Source: Candidatus Amesbacteria bacterium (GTDB taxonomy: Bacteria; Patescibacteriota; Microgenomatia; CAZETR01; Amesbacteraceae). From it: a DNA stretch of 57,661 bases. The stretch covers positions 253,899 to 311,559 of the forward strand of contig CAVTQH010000004.1 of NCBI GenBank assembly GCA_963736875.1. Direction: 5' to 3'. Each line of letters begins with the position of its first letter. Within the stretch, counting starts at the first letter, position 1. Below the pieces are notes generated by a model. It searched no databases. It was not told the DNA's origin and saw only the letters and a list, made by a program, of their open reading frames with translations. Positions 27,028 through 37,746 of this stretch are shown piece by piece. The translations under genes and the position numbers were made by a program.

Positions 27028-29866
27028 TTATTTACCATAATTGTTTGCCCAGATGGTGTAGTCCAGGTCATCTACTCTGTGATCATTGTTAAAATCCCCC
27101 TGTCTTGGTCCGGTGGCATTGGTTATTCCGTAATTATTCGCCCAGATGGTGTAGTCCAGGTCATCCACATGCCTGTCCCCGTTGGCATCTCCGGGTATGG
27201 AGGGTATTGGTGTCGGAGTCGGAGCGGGGGTAGTGGTAGTTGTAAGAGTAGGTTGAGGTGTCGGAGCAGGAGTTGATGATCCGTTTGATACAGCTTCGAT
27301 GGTTGTAACTAAATTATTGATATAAAAAAGATCCCCGATGGCTGTCGCCGGAACATCCAGGTATTTGGCCAGTTCTTCCCGCGAAGATTTTTGAATATAT
27401 GCTTTAGCGTTAAACATTGCCTCATAATCATATAAAGGCTGTATTGACCCCTCCGCATAAGTAGCACCAAAACGAGAGACAAACCAGTAAGGGGCTATCC
27501 AACTATATTCATTAATTGCTGCAGATGTTTTACCTGGCAGCGTTTTGGGATAGATAATCCCCCAGCTCGGGAATCATGAGCATAAAGTTGGAAGCAACGG
27601 ACATGACATGGGTATAATCATTGGCAGTATCGCCGGGATTACCGACATCTTTGGTAAAACCGGCAGCCCGGGCAGCCAGCTGATTGTTAAGCGTGGTTTG
27701 GGCCCAATTAGCTTCGGAAGTATTGCCCGCCATTCTGGCTAATTCCAGATAGCCTTTGGTACCGGCAATAGCGGCATTAAACTGGAAAGGGAAAGGAAAA
27801 GAAGCAGATGAACTGGGCCGGCCACCCAAAGCACTGAAAATCGTCTGTGCCTGGGATGGAAACACTTTCGCATACTGCCACATTCCGTAATCCCTGTAGT
27901 AGTTGTAGACCATCCCTGTATCCCGCGGTCCGAACGAACCCATCGCATTTAAAACATCCTGGGGAAGCTGAAATGGTTCTCTGGAAGTACCCGTATTCCA
28001 ACCGTTATGTTCATATTCAATCGGAGAATGGTTGGTGTATTCACTTTGGAGGTAGGTTCTTAATTTGGTCTGGGTCGCAACCGGGAGGTGAAAATATGCC
28101 CGACCCAAGACTGCCAATAATTCGGCGGTATTATGAAAATTATCCATAAAAGCTTCTCCAAAATTCCGGGGCATACCTCCGTCAGAATTACCGGAAATGC
28201 TATACGCCGGTTTCAGATGTCCGGCATTAATCATTTTATTGACCTCCCTGTCCAGACGGCTAATCAAATCGTTGACATTCACCCCCGGATTTGTGGGAGC
28301 GGTATTAACCGTGACGCGCGGGGTAACCAGACCCGTGCTACTGCCGGAACCAAAAGCTAAGACAGCGTTACTCCGGTGAAGATATAAATGACCCTGGTAG
28401 GGAACTATGGGATTATTGTCACCATGTCCCCCGTAGACTCCGTTAAAAGTCCCATAGAGCTTGTTGAGGCCGGATTCGGCTTGACCCCAATACATCTGGT
28501 CGTAATTCGGAGCCAGGGAGTCTAAATTATATGACCATAGATATCCCCCTCCGGTGCTGTCGACGGTAAACCAATCTGCATCCCTGTCACAGCAAAGTAC
28601 CTGATAGATCACTTTGCCGCCTGAAGAAATAGCCATGGGTTCGTCACTTGCATTCATACTTCCGGGATTACATAATCCGGTTCCGCACCTTGGAACCGTA
28701 ATTGTATTCGTACCGATAATCCAGCCGCTTGCACCACCCCTTGTCCCGAAAATCGCTCCCTTATCTGTCCAAAATGTATTGGTCTGATAGATAATATTAT
28801 CAATGCCGTTGACTAAGGGTGGATAGCGGGAACCTGCCCGGGTGCCGTACCAGGCTATGGGTGCGTAATACCCGTTACCGTAGATATATTCGGTACCGTT
28901 CGCGGCATTTAAAACGAAATAAGTACGGCGGTAGGGCATACTTTTAAGATAATCGGCAAGATTTGTCACATCCATTCTTAACCCGTTTCTGGGACCAATG
29001 TCTCCATTCGGTGAAGCGGATGTATAAAAAAAGTCTTCGGCATCAAGATTTTGGAGATCCCAATTTCCCGGTACAGATGGGCCGACCGTCCGATATGGTG
29101 TCGTGCCGACAAACACCACCTTATCCTGATAAACTACCGGCCACCAATTACGGAAACCCAAACCGGGCAGCAGATTAGATTTCCATACCAAAGCTCCGGA
29201 TACAGCGTTCAGCGCGTAACCATGGCCATCGTTGGAAGCAAAATACAGGGTTTGATTATTGGTCGATATAGCAGCCGAAAAAGGAATCGGCCCGTCAGTT
29301 TGATAACGCCATGCCAGTTGTCCTTTTTGAGCATGATCATTTGAGTAAATTGCATAAAAATACCCGTCTCTGTTCCCCAGATAAACCATATTATTAATCA
29401 CCAACGGGTTTGTGTCATAGCCGGCTCCGGCTCCGTCGTAAGACCACAGTTTATTCCCGTTTGTAATATCAAGGGCATACAACTTATGGTCAAACCCGCC
29501 CACATATGCTACCCCGTTATAGATGGTAGGTGAATTTCCCAGAGGCATATCAGTGGGAAAAATCCATTTGGTAGCGCCATTGCTTGGATTCAGAGCAATT
29601 AACCCTTTGGCTGTTGAGATAAACAGAGTGCTGTTGGCAGCTATTATCTGTATATATGGGGCTATATATGGGTCGATCTGCCTATACCATAATATCCCTC
29701 CGCCATGAACCTCTTCAGGAGTCCAGGAAGTCCGCTGCTGATTGGCCCCTGCCATCGGCCAAGTGTTTTCTGTTTGAGCCGAAACACTCCCGACCCAAAA
29801 ACACAACGTTATCCCGGTAATTAATATCCCTAATCCGCATGCAACTATTCCCTTCCTGTATCTCAT
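27028..29866 (-). CDS. PQQ/BamB-like beta-propeller protein with C-terminal dockerin, one-base frameshift near 27545 (~945 aa)
   Basis: WPMAGANQQRTS and LYALD..NG..LWSY repeats. The shifted frame LPGKTSAAINEYSWIAPYWF...EAMFNAKAY runs into ORF 27028-27417. AGGAGG SD upstream. Confidence 0.8.
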
Positions 29867-29954
29867 AACCGGATAACCTCCTTACTAAATATATCTCTTT
29901 CCGGCTCCCCCTGCAAAAAATCTGCAACTCGTATCTACAATAACACCAAAAAGG

Positions 29955-30266
29955 TTATTTTTTGTTACCTCTTTCCCATAAACTGAAAACCTCAACCAGT
30001 ATTAGGGTAAATACTGATATTACAGGCAGAAAAACAAGAGCGAAGACTTTACCCCAGGGTTCAATAAAATACAGAATAAACGCAATAAATAAATATGCAA
30101 TACCAACCATTAAAATGCTTGATTTAAATGTTGTTCGTTTCCCTTTTCCCTTTTTCACCGATTGAATTATTCCCAACACCACTGAAACAATGACAACGAA
30201 AACAAAAATAACAAAAATTAGAATTGCTCCCCAATAAAGTGTTGCCAAATCATCCATCCTTATCAA
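29955..30266 (-). CDS. Small 3-TM membrane protein
   Basis: 103-aa hydrophobic ORF. Confidence 0.6.
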   Translation of the reverse strand: MIRMDDLATLYWGAILIFVIFVFVVIVSVVLGIIQSVKKGKGKRTTFKSSILMVGIAYLFIAFILYFIEPWGKVFALVFLPVISVFTLILVEVFSLWERGNKK

Positions 30267-30293
30267 ATTCTAGCATATTCAGCCGTAAATCTG

Positions 30294-30779
30294 CTAAATT
30301 CTTGAGCGAAAGTATTGTTGTGCAAATCTCCTGTACATCTCTCCCGCATCATTCGGAATCTCGTATGTAATCACCAGCTTTTTGTCATAATTTTTGGGAT
30401 TAGGTGTCAATCTCGCTGATGAATCAACCGTGACAGCCCAGCAGGTCGTCAGATCCAACCTTTCAATCCCGTCTTTTTTTTGATTAAATCTGACCACCTG
30501 CTGACCTACAAACCCAAGCTTCCCGGGATTGATATCCAAACCTATTTCCTCTTGTGCAACTCTTTTTAATAATTCTTCCCACGAATTGTCAGTCATCAAC
30601 ACTCTTACCCCAAAAGTCGCCAGCATGCCTTTCATAGGCGGATTCAGCCGTCTGCCCCAAGCTATTCCTTGCCCCTTAACATCTACCAGTATATCTATAC
30701 ATGGCATGGGAAACAGCTTTAGGTGCTCAATAAATTGTTCATACGGTACCCAACCCGGCCTCTCCACCCCTTTCATCAT
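30294..30779 (-). CDS. Nudix-like hydrolase (degenerate box)
   Basis: PMPCIDILV..RRLNPPMKG..LKRVAQEEIGL resembles GDP-mannose mannosyl hydrolase-type Nudix proteins. Confidence 0.6.
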   Translation of the reverse strand: MMKGVERPGWVPYEQFIEHLKLFPMPCIDILVDVKGQGIAWGRRLNPPMKGMLATFGVRVLMTDNSWEELLKRVAQEEIGLDINPGKLGFVGQQVVRFNQKKDGIERLDLTTCWAVTVDSSARLTPNPKNYDKKLVITYEIPNDAGEMYRRFAQQYFRSRI

Positions 30780-30879
30780 AAGAGCATTATACCCAAACCC
30801 TCCAATTCAGGCTAAACCTGGTTCCAGTATAATCATCCGCCATCCCCTGTTTAAAAAAGGCCTATGTTATAGTTAATAA

Positions 30880-32280
30880 ATGGATCCGCAGGTTACTGTC
30901 CCGGAAACCCCGCCGCCGCAAAGCCCGACCCCTCCGGTCTCCTCAACTCCTCCTCCTTCCAAATCCCGTCTGCCGTTAATAATCATCCTGGGTTTATTGT
31001 TTTTTGCTGTTTCCGTATCAGGAGGAATTTTTTGGTGGAGCAGATCCCGCCCCCAACCCCCGTCTCCGGCTGATCAGGCACTGACTCCTTCTCCTTCACC
31101 TGAAATATTTCGCCTTCAGGCCGGCGTCCAATATCTCTCCGGAACTGCCTGGAAGCTTGTGGACGGCCGGAAAACCGAAATCAGGGAAAAGGATATTTTG
31201 TCTGAAAATGATGTGATATCAACCGATCCCCAATCCCGTCTGGTGCTGGCTTTGGATGACGGATCAATCGTCCGCCTGGATGAAAACACCACTCTGGCCT
31301 TAAGTGAACTGAAACCCGAAAAAATCAGCTTAAATAACCAAACGGGCACGGTCTTTGCCCGGGTTCAGAAAGACCCTCTGCATAAATTTCTGATCCTGGC
31401 CAAAAACATCACCGTGGAATCTTCCGGCACTGCTTTCCTGGTTGAAAATACGGACGAGGTCAAAGTCCTGGTCTATGAAAGTGCGGTCCGGATTTCTACT
31501 CCGAGCGGTCAACCGGCTGAAGTTAAAAACCAACAGCAATGGTCGGAGAGTCAGACCGCACCGAAAAAAATCGATACCAAGAAGCTGGCCAGCCGGGAAT
31601 TTGCCGAGTGGAGTCTGAAAGCAGAAAACGTCGCTCCCTCTCCCGTGGTTACCGAAACACCCGCCAAAAAATCTGAACCTGCAAGTGGTATAACTTTAAC
31701 CGGCAAGATTGCCGACAATGGCATCCTTTTGGAATGGAATATTTCGGGCATCGATACCCCCAACGGGGTTAAGGTAGTCAAATCGGATATTACCAATCCC
31801 GTTTATCCCGGAAGTGAGTTTGTATACCTGTCAGACCCCGCTGTCCGTTCATACACCTGGACTATTAAAGACGGCCGTCAGTGGCATTTCCGGGTCTGCC
31901 GGTATACCGGCAATGTCTGCGGGGTTTACTCAAATGATATCAAGGTTACTGCCCCTGCAGGCGGCAAAACCTCTGAGCCGGGTCAGGGCCAAGTCACCGG
32001 CATCAGCCTGACCGCTGTGAAAGGTGATTCCGGAAAAGCCGTACTTGAATGGTCCGTTACCGGTACTTCCTCTCTGGGTTTTAAGATTGTCTGGTCTGGA
32101 AATTCCGATCCCACTTACCCCACCCGGGAAGGTGACCAGTTCCATTATCTTTCAGACCCTTCCGTCCGCCGGGACGAAATTACCGGCCTGGAAACCGGTA
32201 AAACCTATTATTTCCGTGTCTGTGAATATTTGGGCGGAAGCTGCGGTACCTACTCCAATCAGGTTTCCCTCCCTCTGTAA
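30880..32280 (+). CDS. TM-anchored FecR-domain protein with two fibronectin-III-like repeats
   Basis: DVISTDPQSRLVLALDDGSIVRLDENT (FecR); two repeats LEW..G..K.V.S...P.YP...YLSDP.VR...FRVC.Y.G..CG.YSN. Confidence 0.78.
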   Translation: MDPQVTVPETPPPQSPTPPVSSTPPPSKSRLPLIIILGLLFFAVSVSGGIFWWSRSRPQPPSPADQALTPSPSPEIFRLQAGVQYLSGTAWKLVDGRKTEIREKDILSENDVISTDPQSRLVLALDDGSIVRLDENTTLALSELKPEKISLNNQTGTVFARVQKDPLHKFLILAKNITVESSGTAFLVENTDEVKVLVYESAVRISTPSGQPAEVKNQQQWSESQTAPKKIDTKKLASREFAEWSLKAENVAPSPVVTETPAKKSEPASGITLTGKIADNGILLEWNISGIDTPNGVKVVKSDITNPVYPGSEFVYLSDPAVRSYTWTIKDGRQWHFRVCRYTGNVCGVYSNDIKVTAPAGGKTSEPGQGQVTGISLTAVKGDSGKAVLEWSVTGTSSLGFKIVWSGNSDPTYPTREGDQFHYLSDPSVRRDEITGLETGKTYYFRVCEYLGGSCGTYSNQVSLPL

Positions 32281-32297
32281 GTTCAAATGACCTATTT

Positions 32298-32882
32298 TCA
32301 GTGATTGGCGGCGAGTAAAATCCGGTTAAAAAACACCATCCTTCTTCTGACATACTCCCTTATCGGGTGATTGTTCAGTTCAATCTTCAGATTTCTGTAT
32401 TCAATTAAATAATCGGGATTGTTTTTCAGCAAATTGAATAACAAAATCTGGTTGTTAAAATCCTTATCTTCGGGATTCGCCACATGCAATTCAGCCGGGG
32501 ATCCCTTGTATCTAAATTTCCATTCTCCAAACGTTTTCCCCCTCTTTACGGGTTTACCGAATACGGAGATTATTTTGGAGAAAGTTTCAGAAAGCAAAGC
32601 TGACGGCGTAACGGCGTACAAATCTATATCTCCCCGGCCTTCGATTTGCATCCCTATAGAGCCGATCAAATATAGATCCAGTTTCGGACACAACTTTTTT
32701 ATTTTCCTTATCAATTCCTGAGCCCGGATATTTGATTCGGGATCATAGGGGTAAATTTTCAGTGTTTCTTTTACGGAAAATCTGTAGGGATGTATCCACA
32801 ATAACACCAAACAGTATAAATATTTCCTGGGGTTTTTAAAAAACCGGGTGAATTCAGTTTTGATATTACTTGGCATACTCAA
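32298..32882 (-). CDS. GrpB/UPF0157-like nucleotidyltransferase-fold protein
   Basis: LIGSIGMQIEGRGDIDL and LKNNPDYLIEYRNLK patterns. Confidence 0.7.
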   Translation of the reverse strand: MSMPSNIKTEFTRFFKNPRKYLYCLVLLWIHPYRFSVKETLKIYPYDPESNIRAQELIRKIKKLCPKLDLYLIGSIGMQIEGRGDIDLYAVTPSALLSETFSKIISVFGKPVKRGKTFGEWKFRYKGSPAELHVANPEDKDFNNQILLFNLLKNNPDYLIEYRNLKIELNNHPIREYVRRRMVFFNRILLAANH

Positions 32883-32898
32883 CCTTTAAGTGCAGAAA

Positions 32899-32927
32899 AT
32901 TATAATATTATAGGTCGTTTTTGTCAA
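32899..32927 (-). promoter_or_regulatory. Consensus sigma70 promoter TTGACA-N17-TATAAT
   Basis: -35 at 32922-32927, -10 at 32899-32904; the spacer contains GACCTATA. Confidence 0.8.
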
Positions 32928-32970
32928 CCTGATTGACGTTTACATAGATCTATATATACTTACATTCAGA

Positions 32971-34701
32971 ATGTATTCCCGCCTCCACCGCGGCATGGCT
33001 CTGTTGCCCTTACTTCCGGTATTGGTTTTAGCTATCGGCCTTATTACCAGCGTTATTGTTACCCAAAGTCCCCAGCGGATATCTACCCGGGCTGCCAACG
33101 GTGATTTATGCCGGGCTAATGGTTTCAACTGCTACCCCAACTATTATTACTGTCAATATACCTATTCTCAGTTTAACGACTGCAATGCCGGTTATAAGTG
33201 CGGATACAACTGTGCCGCCCCGACTGCCACTCCCTACCCTACCCCGGTTCCCTGTTCCGGAGACTGTATTCCCAATGGTGAAGACTGTTATGATCCCGGA
33301 TCCGGCCATTGCCAACCGAATTTTATCTGTTGTGACCGGATTGACCCGCCTCCCGCACCTACCAGTACTCCCCGACCGCCAACGGCCACACCCACCCGCA
33401 CTCCCACCCCTACTCCTGCCTGTTCAGGTCTGTGCATTCCAAACGGTGAGTATTGCTATGACCCGGGTACCGGCTATTGTCAACCATATTTTATCTGTTG
33501 CGACCAGGCAGATCCTCCTCCGACACCCACCAGGACACCGACCCCCCGCCCGCCTACATCCACACCCACCCGCACCCCGACTCCTATAAGGACACCTACA
33601 CCCACTCCCATATGTTCCGGCATGTGTATCCCCAACGGTGAAAACTGTTATCAATTAGGTACCGGATACTGTCCGCCCTACCACATTTGCTGTAATCAAC
33701 CTGACCCCACCCCTTCTCCCATCCGTACCCCCACCCCCGCCCGCACCCCGACTCCTGCTCCGGTCCCTATTTGTGTCCCCGGCACCAGAAAATGTACCGA
33801 TCCTCCCGCCAATTCCTCCAACGGTCCGATGTTAGAAATATGCAATACCCAAGGTACCGGCTGGAATATTTCTTACTGCGATACCTCAAAAATCTGTACC
33901 TGGAACCGGACTTATTGCATCTCTCCCATCTACATCACCCCTACCCCGGAATGTGTAAATGGGACTACTACATGCATAGGCCAAAGGAAATTTGGATGTG
34001 TCGGTGGCGAATGGATGCCTTACGTAAATCCCGGTAATTGCATGAGTGCCACCCCCACACCCCCGCCACCGACCCCGACTCTCCCGCCCAGCCTTATTAA
34101 TTGTGTCATCCGTAACGGATGGGCATACTGCACCCAAAACAACCCTTTATGGGCAAATATCCGGCTTCCGTACTGTTACGATGATGACGGAAATTATATT
34201 CCTAACCCCTATTCCATCTCCCAGCGGGGTTGCGGCGAAGCTGTTACCTGTTCTCTCCTGTGCACATGTAAACGTACACCTCAATACTGCAACCTGGATC
34301 AATGTATCGCTTCAATTGACCGTTACCAGTCCCTTAGTTGCCGGGGTACCGGTGTAGACTTAAATGTACTTGTTCTGCAGGATTTTCCCGAATGCTTCAG
34401 TGCCACTTACACTGCTATCCCTGATGATATCCATGATCCTGAAATTCATTTGGTAAGCTGGGCTAAAATCGACGAGGCGCTGGCTTACGGACCGGTAGAA
34501 ATTCAGGGAATATTTGTGCGTAAAACTAATGATGTATCTTTCAGTCATAATTCACTCATTGTCGGCAGAGATGCTCATGGACGAATCTATAATGACCCTT
34601 ACTTCAACGCCCAGAATTCCAATCCTAATTACCAAATTACATCACCGTATCTGGAGGATTATTTTGACATTACTTTGGTCGGAGCCATTTCCGTCAAATA
34701 A
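32971..34701 (+). CDS. Secreted Cys-rich repeat protein with C-terminal C39-like peptidase domain
   Basis: TM segment, three CSGxCIPNGExCYxxGxGxCxPxxICC repeats separated by PT linkers; SQRGCGEA / SHNSLIVG / IYNDPY triad-like motifs. Confidence 0.72.
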   Translation: MYSRLHRGMALLPLLPVLVLAIGLITSVIVTQSPQRISTRAANGDLCRANGFNCYPNYYYCQYTYSQFNDCNAGYKCGYNCAAPTATPYPTPVPCSGDCIPNGEDCYDPGSGHCQPNFICCDRIDPPPAPTSTPRPPTATPTRTPTPTPACSGLCIPNGEYCYDPGTGYCQPYFICCDQADPPPTPTRTPTPRPPTSTPTRTPTPIRTPTPTPICSGMCIPNGENCYQLGTGYCPPYHICCNQPDPTPSPIRTPTPARTPTPAPVPICVPGTRKCTDPPANSSNGPMLEICNTQGTGWNISYCDTSKICTWNRTYCISPIYITPTPECVNGTTTCIGQRKFGCVGGEWMPYVNPGNCMSATPTPPPPTPTLPPSLINCVIRNGWAYCTQNNPLWANIRLPYCYDDDGNYIPNPYSISQRGCGEAVTCSLLCTCKRTPQYCNLDQCIASIDRYQSLSCRGTGVDLNVLVLQDFPECFSATYTAIPDDIHDPEIHLVSWAKIDEALAYGPVEIQGIFVRKTNDVSFSHNSLIVGRDAHGRIYNDPYFNAQNSNPNYQITSPYLEDYFDITLVGAISVK

Positions 34702-34703
34702 CC

Positions 34704-35306
34704 ATGCCTGAAAAAAACTTTTTCAAACAACTTTCTCTGCTGACTTTTACTCTCTTGCTTTTAATTTCCGCAATCGGATTAGCTTCCCGGATATCCCCGG
34801 AAAAAAGCCGCTTAAATCTTACAGGACGTGCTTTCACTGAACCTACAGATAATACCGGTTCCTACATAATACCCCACAGCCCCCAGCAACTTGTGATTGA
34901 ACACCAGTCATCTGCCCTGTTGCACGCAGTTCCGATATCCGGTAATAATTTCGTCATTTCTTTTGATTATTACCGCGACGTATTCCAAATCACTTTGTAT
35001 CCTCCTTTCGAAACATCTAAAGCAAATTTCTTTTCTTATCTGCAACAAAACGGCTATAGCCAACTACCGAAAGACATGTTTGAATATCTGGTCAACCCTA
35101 CCGTCCCTTCAACCCCTACCCCCATTCCGGTAGAAAAACCCGGGGATGCTAACGGGGACGGGAAAGTCGACGATCTGGACTATGCAATTTGGGCGAATAA
35201 CTACGGTATAACTAATACCACCGGGCTAATGCAGGGAGATTTCAACAATGATCACAGAGTCGATGACCTGGACTACACAATCTGGGCAAACAACTACGGA
35301 AAGTAA
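34704..35306 (+). CDS. Membrane-anchored protein with C-terminal dockerin
   Basis: N-terminal TM, PT linker, PGDANGDGKVDDLDYAIWANNYG...DFNNDHRVDDLDYTIWANNYGK. Confidence 0.82.
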   Translation: MPEKNFFKQLSLLTFTLLLLISAIGLASRISPEKSRLNLTGRAFTEPTDNTGSYIIPHSPQQLVIEHQSSALLHAVPISGNNFVISFDYYRDVFQITLYPPFETSKANFFSYLQQNGYSQLPKDMFEYLVNPTVPSTPTPIPVEKPGDANGDGKVDDLDYAIWANNYGITNTTGLMQGDFNNDHRVDDLDYTIWANNYGK

Positions 35307-35337
35307 GCCGATAAATACTTTTTAATCCCTTGCTCAC

Positions 35338-35688
35338 TTGGATATAATTAATACTATGACCAAATACCAACCCACTCCACTCTTCCTTTCCTTCCTTCAG
35401 GCAACCGGTTTACTCATCTATTGCAGCCTTATCGGCTTGATTTTTTGGAAAGGCAATAATATTTTCGGTCCGGCCCCCAGCCTCTTCGGACCTGTGGCTT
35501 TTTTTCTCCTGTTTATGGTTTCTGCCGTGATCTGCGCTCTCCTCTACCTGGGATACCCGTTTTGGCTGTTCTGGGAGAAAAAGCAAACCAAAGCGGCTCT
35601 TCTCCAGGTCGCTTTCACCACTTTTTGGTGTGCTGTTTTTCTGGGTATCATTCTGTCGGGTTTTGCCATGACCGGATTTTTGATTTGA
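35338..35688 (+). CDS. Small 3-TM membrane protein
   Basis: 116-aa hydrophobic ORF. Confidence 0.65.
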   Translation: MDIINTMTKYQPTPLFLSFLQATGLLIYCSLIGLIFWKGNNIFGPAPSLFGPVAFFLLFMVSAVICALLYLGYPFWLFWEKKQTKAALLQVAFTTFWCAVFLGIILSGFAMTGFLI

Positions 35689-35719
35689 CTTCTCCCCCCG
35701 TCCACCTTAATATCCGCCT

Positions 35720-36124
35720 ATGGAAGAAAACACCTCCCCCGGCCCCGCTGCCAAACCTTCACCATGGCCGAAAATTATCGGAATTCTTCTTATAATCATC
35801 GCACTTTTACTGATTGCCGCCGGAGCTTACTTTACAGGAATGCGCAGTCAAAACCCTACTGCTGTTACTCCCACTCCCCAAACTGAAGTGTTGGGCACCG
35901 AGAACATCTCTCCCGCCCCCACCGAAATCCCGTCCCTGGCAGATGAAACCACTCCCACTCCCACCCTCTCCCCCTCACCCGCACCCACATCTACCCCGGT
36001 ACCGGTAAATCCCACCTTTAAAATCCTCAGGCCTTCAATAAAATTATATATCTCCCCCACAGCTACTCCCACCCCCACCATCAAATTCCAGCAATTCCAA
36101 CCCCCGCTCCAAATTCAGCCCTAA
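35720..36124 (+). CDS. TM-anchored Pro/Thr-rich protein
   Basis: Single TM followed by TPTP-rich tail; TAATAT 7 nt before the ATG. Confidence 0.7.
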   Translation: MEENTSPGPAAKPSPWPKIIGILLIIIALLLIAAGAYFTGMRSQNPTAVTPTPQTEVLGTENISPAPTEIPSLADETTPTPTLSPSPAPTSTPVPVNPTFKILRPSIKLYISPTATPTPTIKFQQFQPPLQIQP

Positions 36125-36964
36125 AACCGCCTCATCCTCCTCCACCATCTCCACCACCAATTCTCCGGCCGTAAGTATAGATCGATCAATCGGAGAGTCT
36201 GTTTTGGCCGGCTGACAAACACATCATGCCCCGCTCCCCGGATAATATGTATTTTCCTTTTCAGCCACTTCTCCGCTCCGGCTTTCAGTTTATCGTGCTC
36301 CCCGTATACAAACCACATGGGACTTTTTACTTGCTGGATCAGCCAGGGCAGGTCTTTTTCCACTTCTTCGATCAGATTCGCATCCACCATAGCTCTCGGA
36401 TCGGTGGTATTCAGAAGTTTTAAATACTTCGGAGCAAAAGCTTTATCAGCCATTCCGATAATTTCTTTTAATACGCTCAGCAGTAATCCCCCCCGGGTAA
36501 TTTCGTTACCGGCCAGAGCGTGCCTAGCCGGAAGCGGCAGCCGCATAATCTTTTCCAGAAGCCGGCTTTCCAGCCGGATCGGCATTCCGACCAGTACCAG
36601 CTTGCCATTAATTCCCCTTCCGGCAGCTGCCCGGATCGCTACCACCGTTCCCAGGGAAAAAGCCACGACCGGAGCCCTTGTAAGCCCCGTCACTCTGGCA
36701 AACTCCGTCAAAAGCCTCACCGAATAGCTGGGTGTCATGTACCCGCCCCGGTACGGTCTCAGAAGCCCCGAAACCGGGTAATTCCGGTAAATACACCTGA
36801 TAATGCCTGGCCAAAAGTTTTTCAAATCCTCCCCAGGGATCGGCCACCATCGATCCGTGCAGTAATATCACCGGTTTTCCCGACCCGGTCACCCGGTAAT
36901 TTAATTTCGCCCCAGAAAACTCATATTCCCTTTCCCGGGGCAGTATGGTCCGCTTATTTGACAT
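36121..36964 (-). CDS. Alpha/beta hydrolase, one-base frameshift near 36711
   Basis: PVILLHG, LPGFGAS, AFSLG nucleophile elbow, YGEHD, GAGHD. Removing one base from the 36710-36713 run joins the two ORFs. Confidence 0.82.
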
Positions 36965-36970
36965 TTATTT

Positions 36971-37703
36971 CTAAGGCTTAAAATCCTCACCCACAATTAG
37001 CAGCAAATCTGTTTCCGGTTTGTTTTCACCTTCAGGTAAATTTGAGCCGATGCCGGTATTCAACAAATCTTTCAGTTTTGTTCCCATTTCCTGCGCCTGC
37101 GGAATTTAAAATCACCACCATAGTTTCTTTATAATTACCTTTGGCGTTGGTCTTTGTAATTGGTTGCAGGGCCGGTATCCGGCTTGTAATCTGCTCTTCA
37201 GCCTCACCTGCCAGACCTTTGGTATTGGTGCCGTTTAATATTGTCAGGCTGGCGCTTTGAAGCTGCGCCGAAACCGTGCTGGTTCCGGCTACCTCCTGCC
37301 CCAAATTTACCGTGGTAATCTCAATAATTTTATCTATTTCCGGACGGTACAATATTGCTTTACCGGAAGTAACATAGATCAGTACCGTATCACCCGGCTG
37401 GGCATTAGCAAAAAACGGCTGGTCTTTAAGCTGGGACACGTCTGAAACTTTGGCTATTGTCGGTACTTCCCCTGCCGGCAGCTGGATATGCCTGCCGACT
37501 TTGGAAATCAGGTTATTGGTTTCTTCCCGTGTTGCTGCCACCGGATCCTTCAATAAAGCCTGGCTATGTTGAAAACGGCTGTAAAAATAAATACTTACCC
37601 CCACTAATGCCGCCAAGACTGCTGCCAGTAACACCGCTTTCCAGCTTATCCTGATCTGTCGCCTTTTTTCTGTTACTTCTGACTCCATTTCAGAAAACAG
37701 CAT
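36971..37703 (-). CDS. TM protein with LytR C-terminal-like domain, frameshift near 37100
   Basis: LTILNGTNTKGLAG; the shifted frame ends NLPEGENKPETDLLLIVGEDFKP*, a typical LytR_C end. Confidence 0.75.
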
Positions 37704-37746
37704 AATCTACCCTTTTCGGGTAGTCAACGTCCTGGCTCACAGACCT

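Noticed and set aside
22634-35306. A complete cellulosome
   Set aside because: No cohesin or scaffoldin is recognisable in this window, and the catalytic domains are not identifiable as cellulases.
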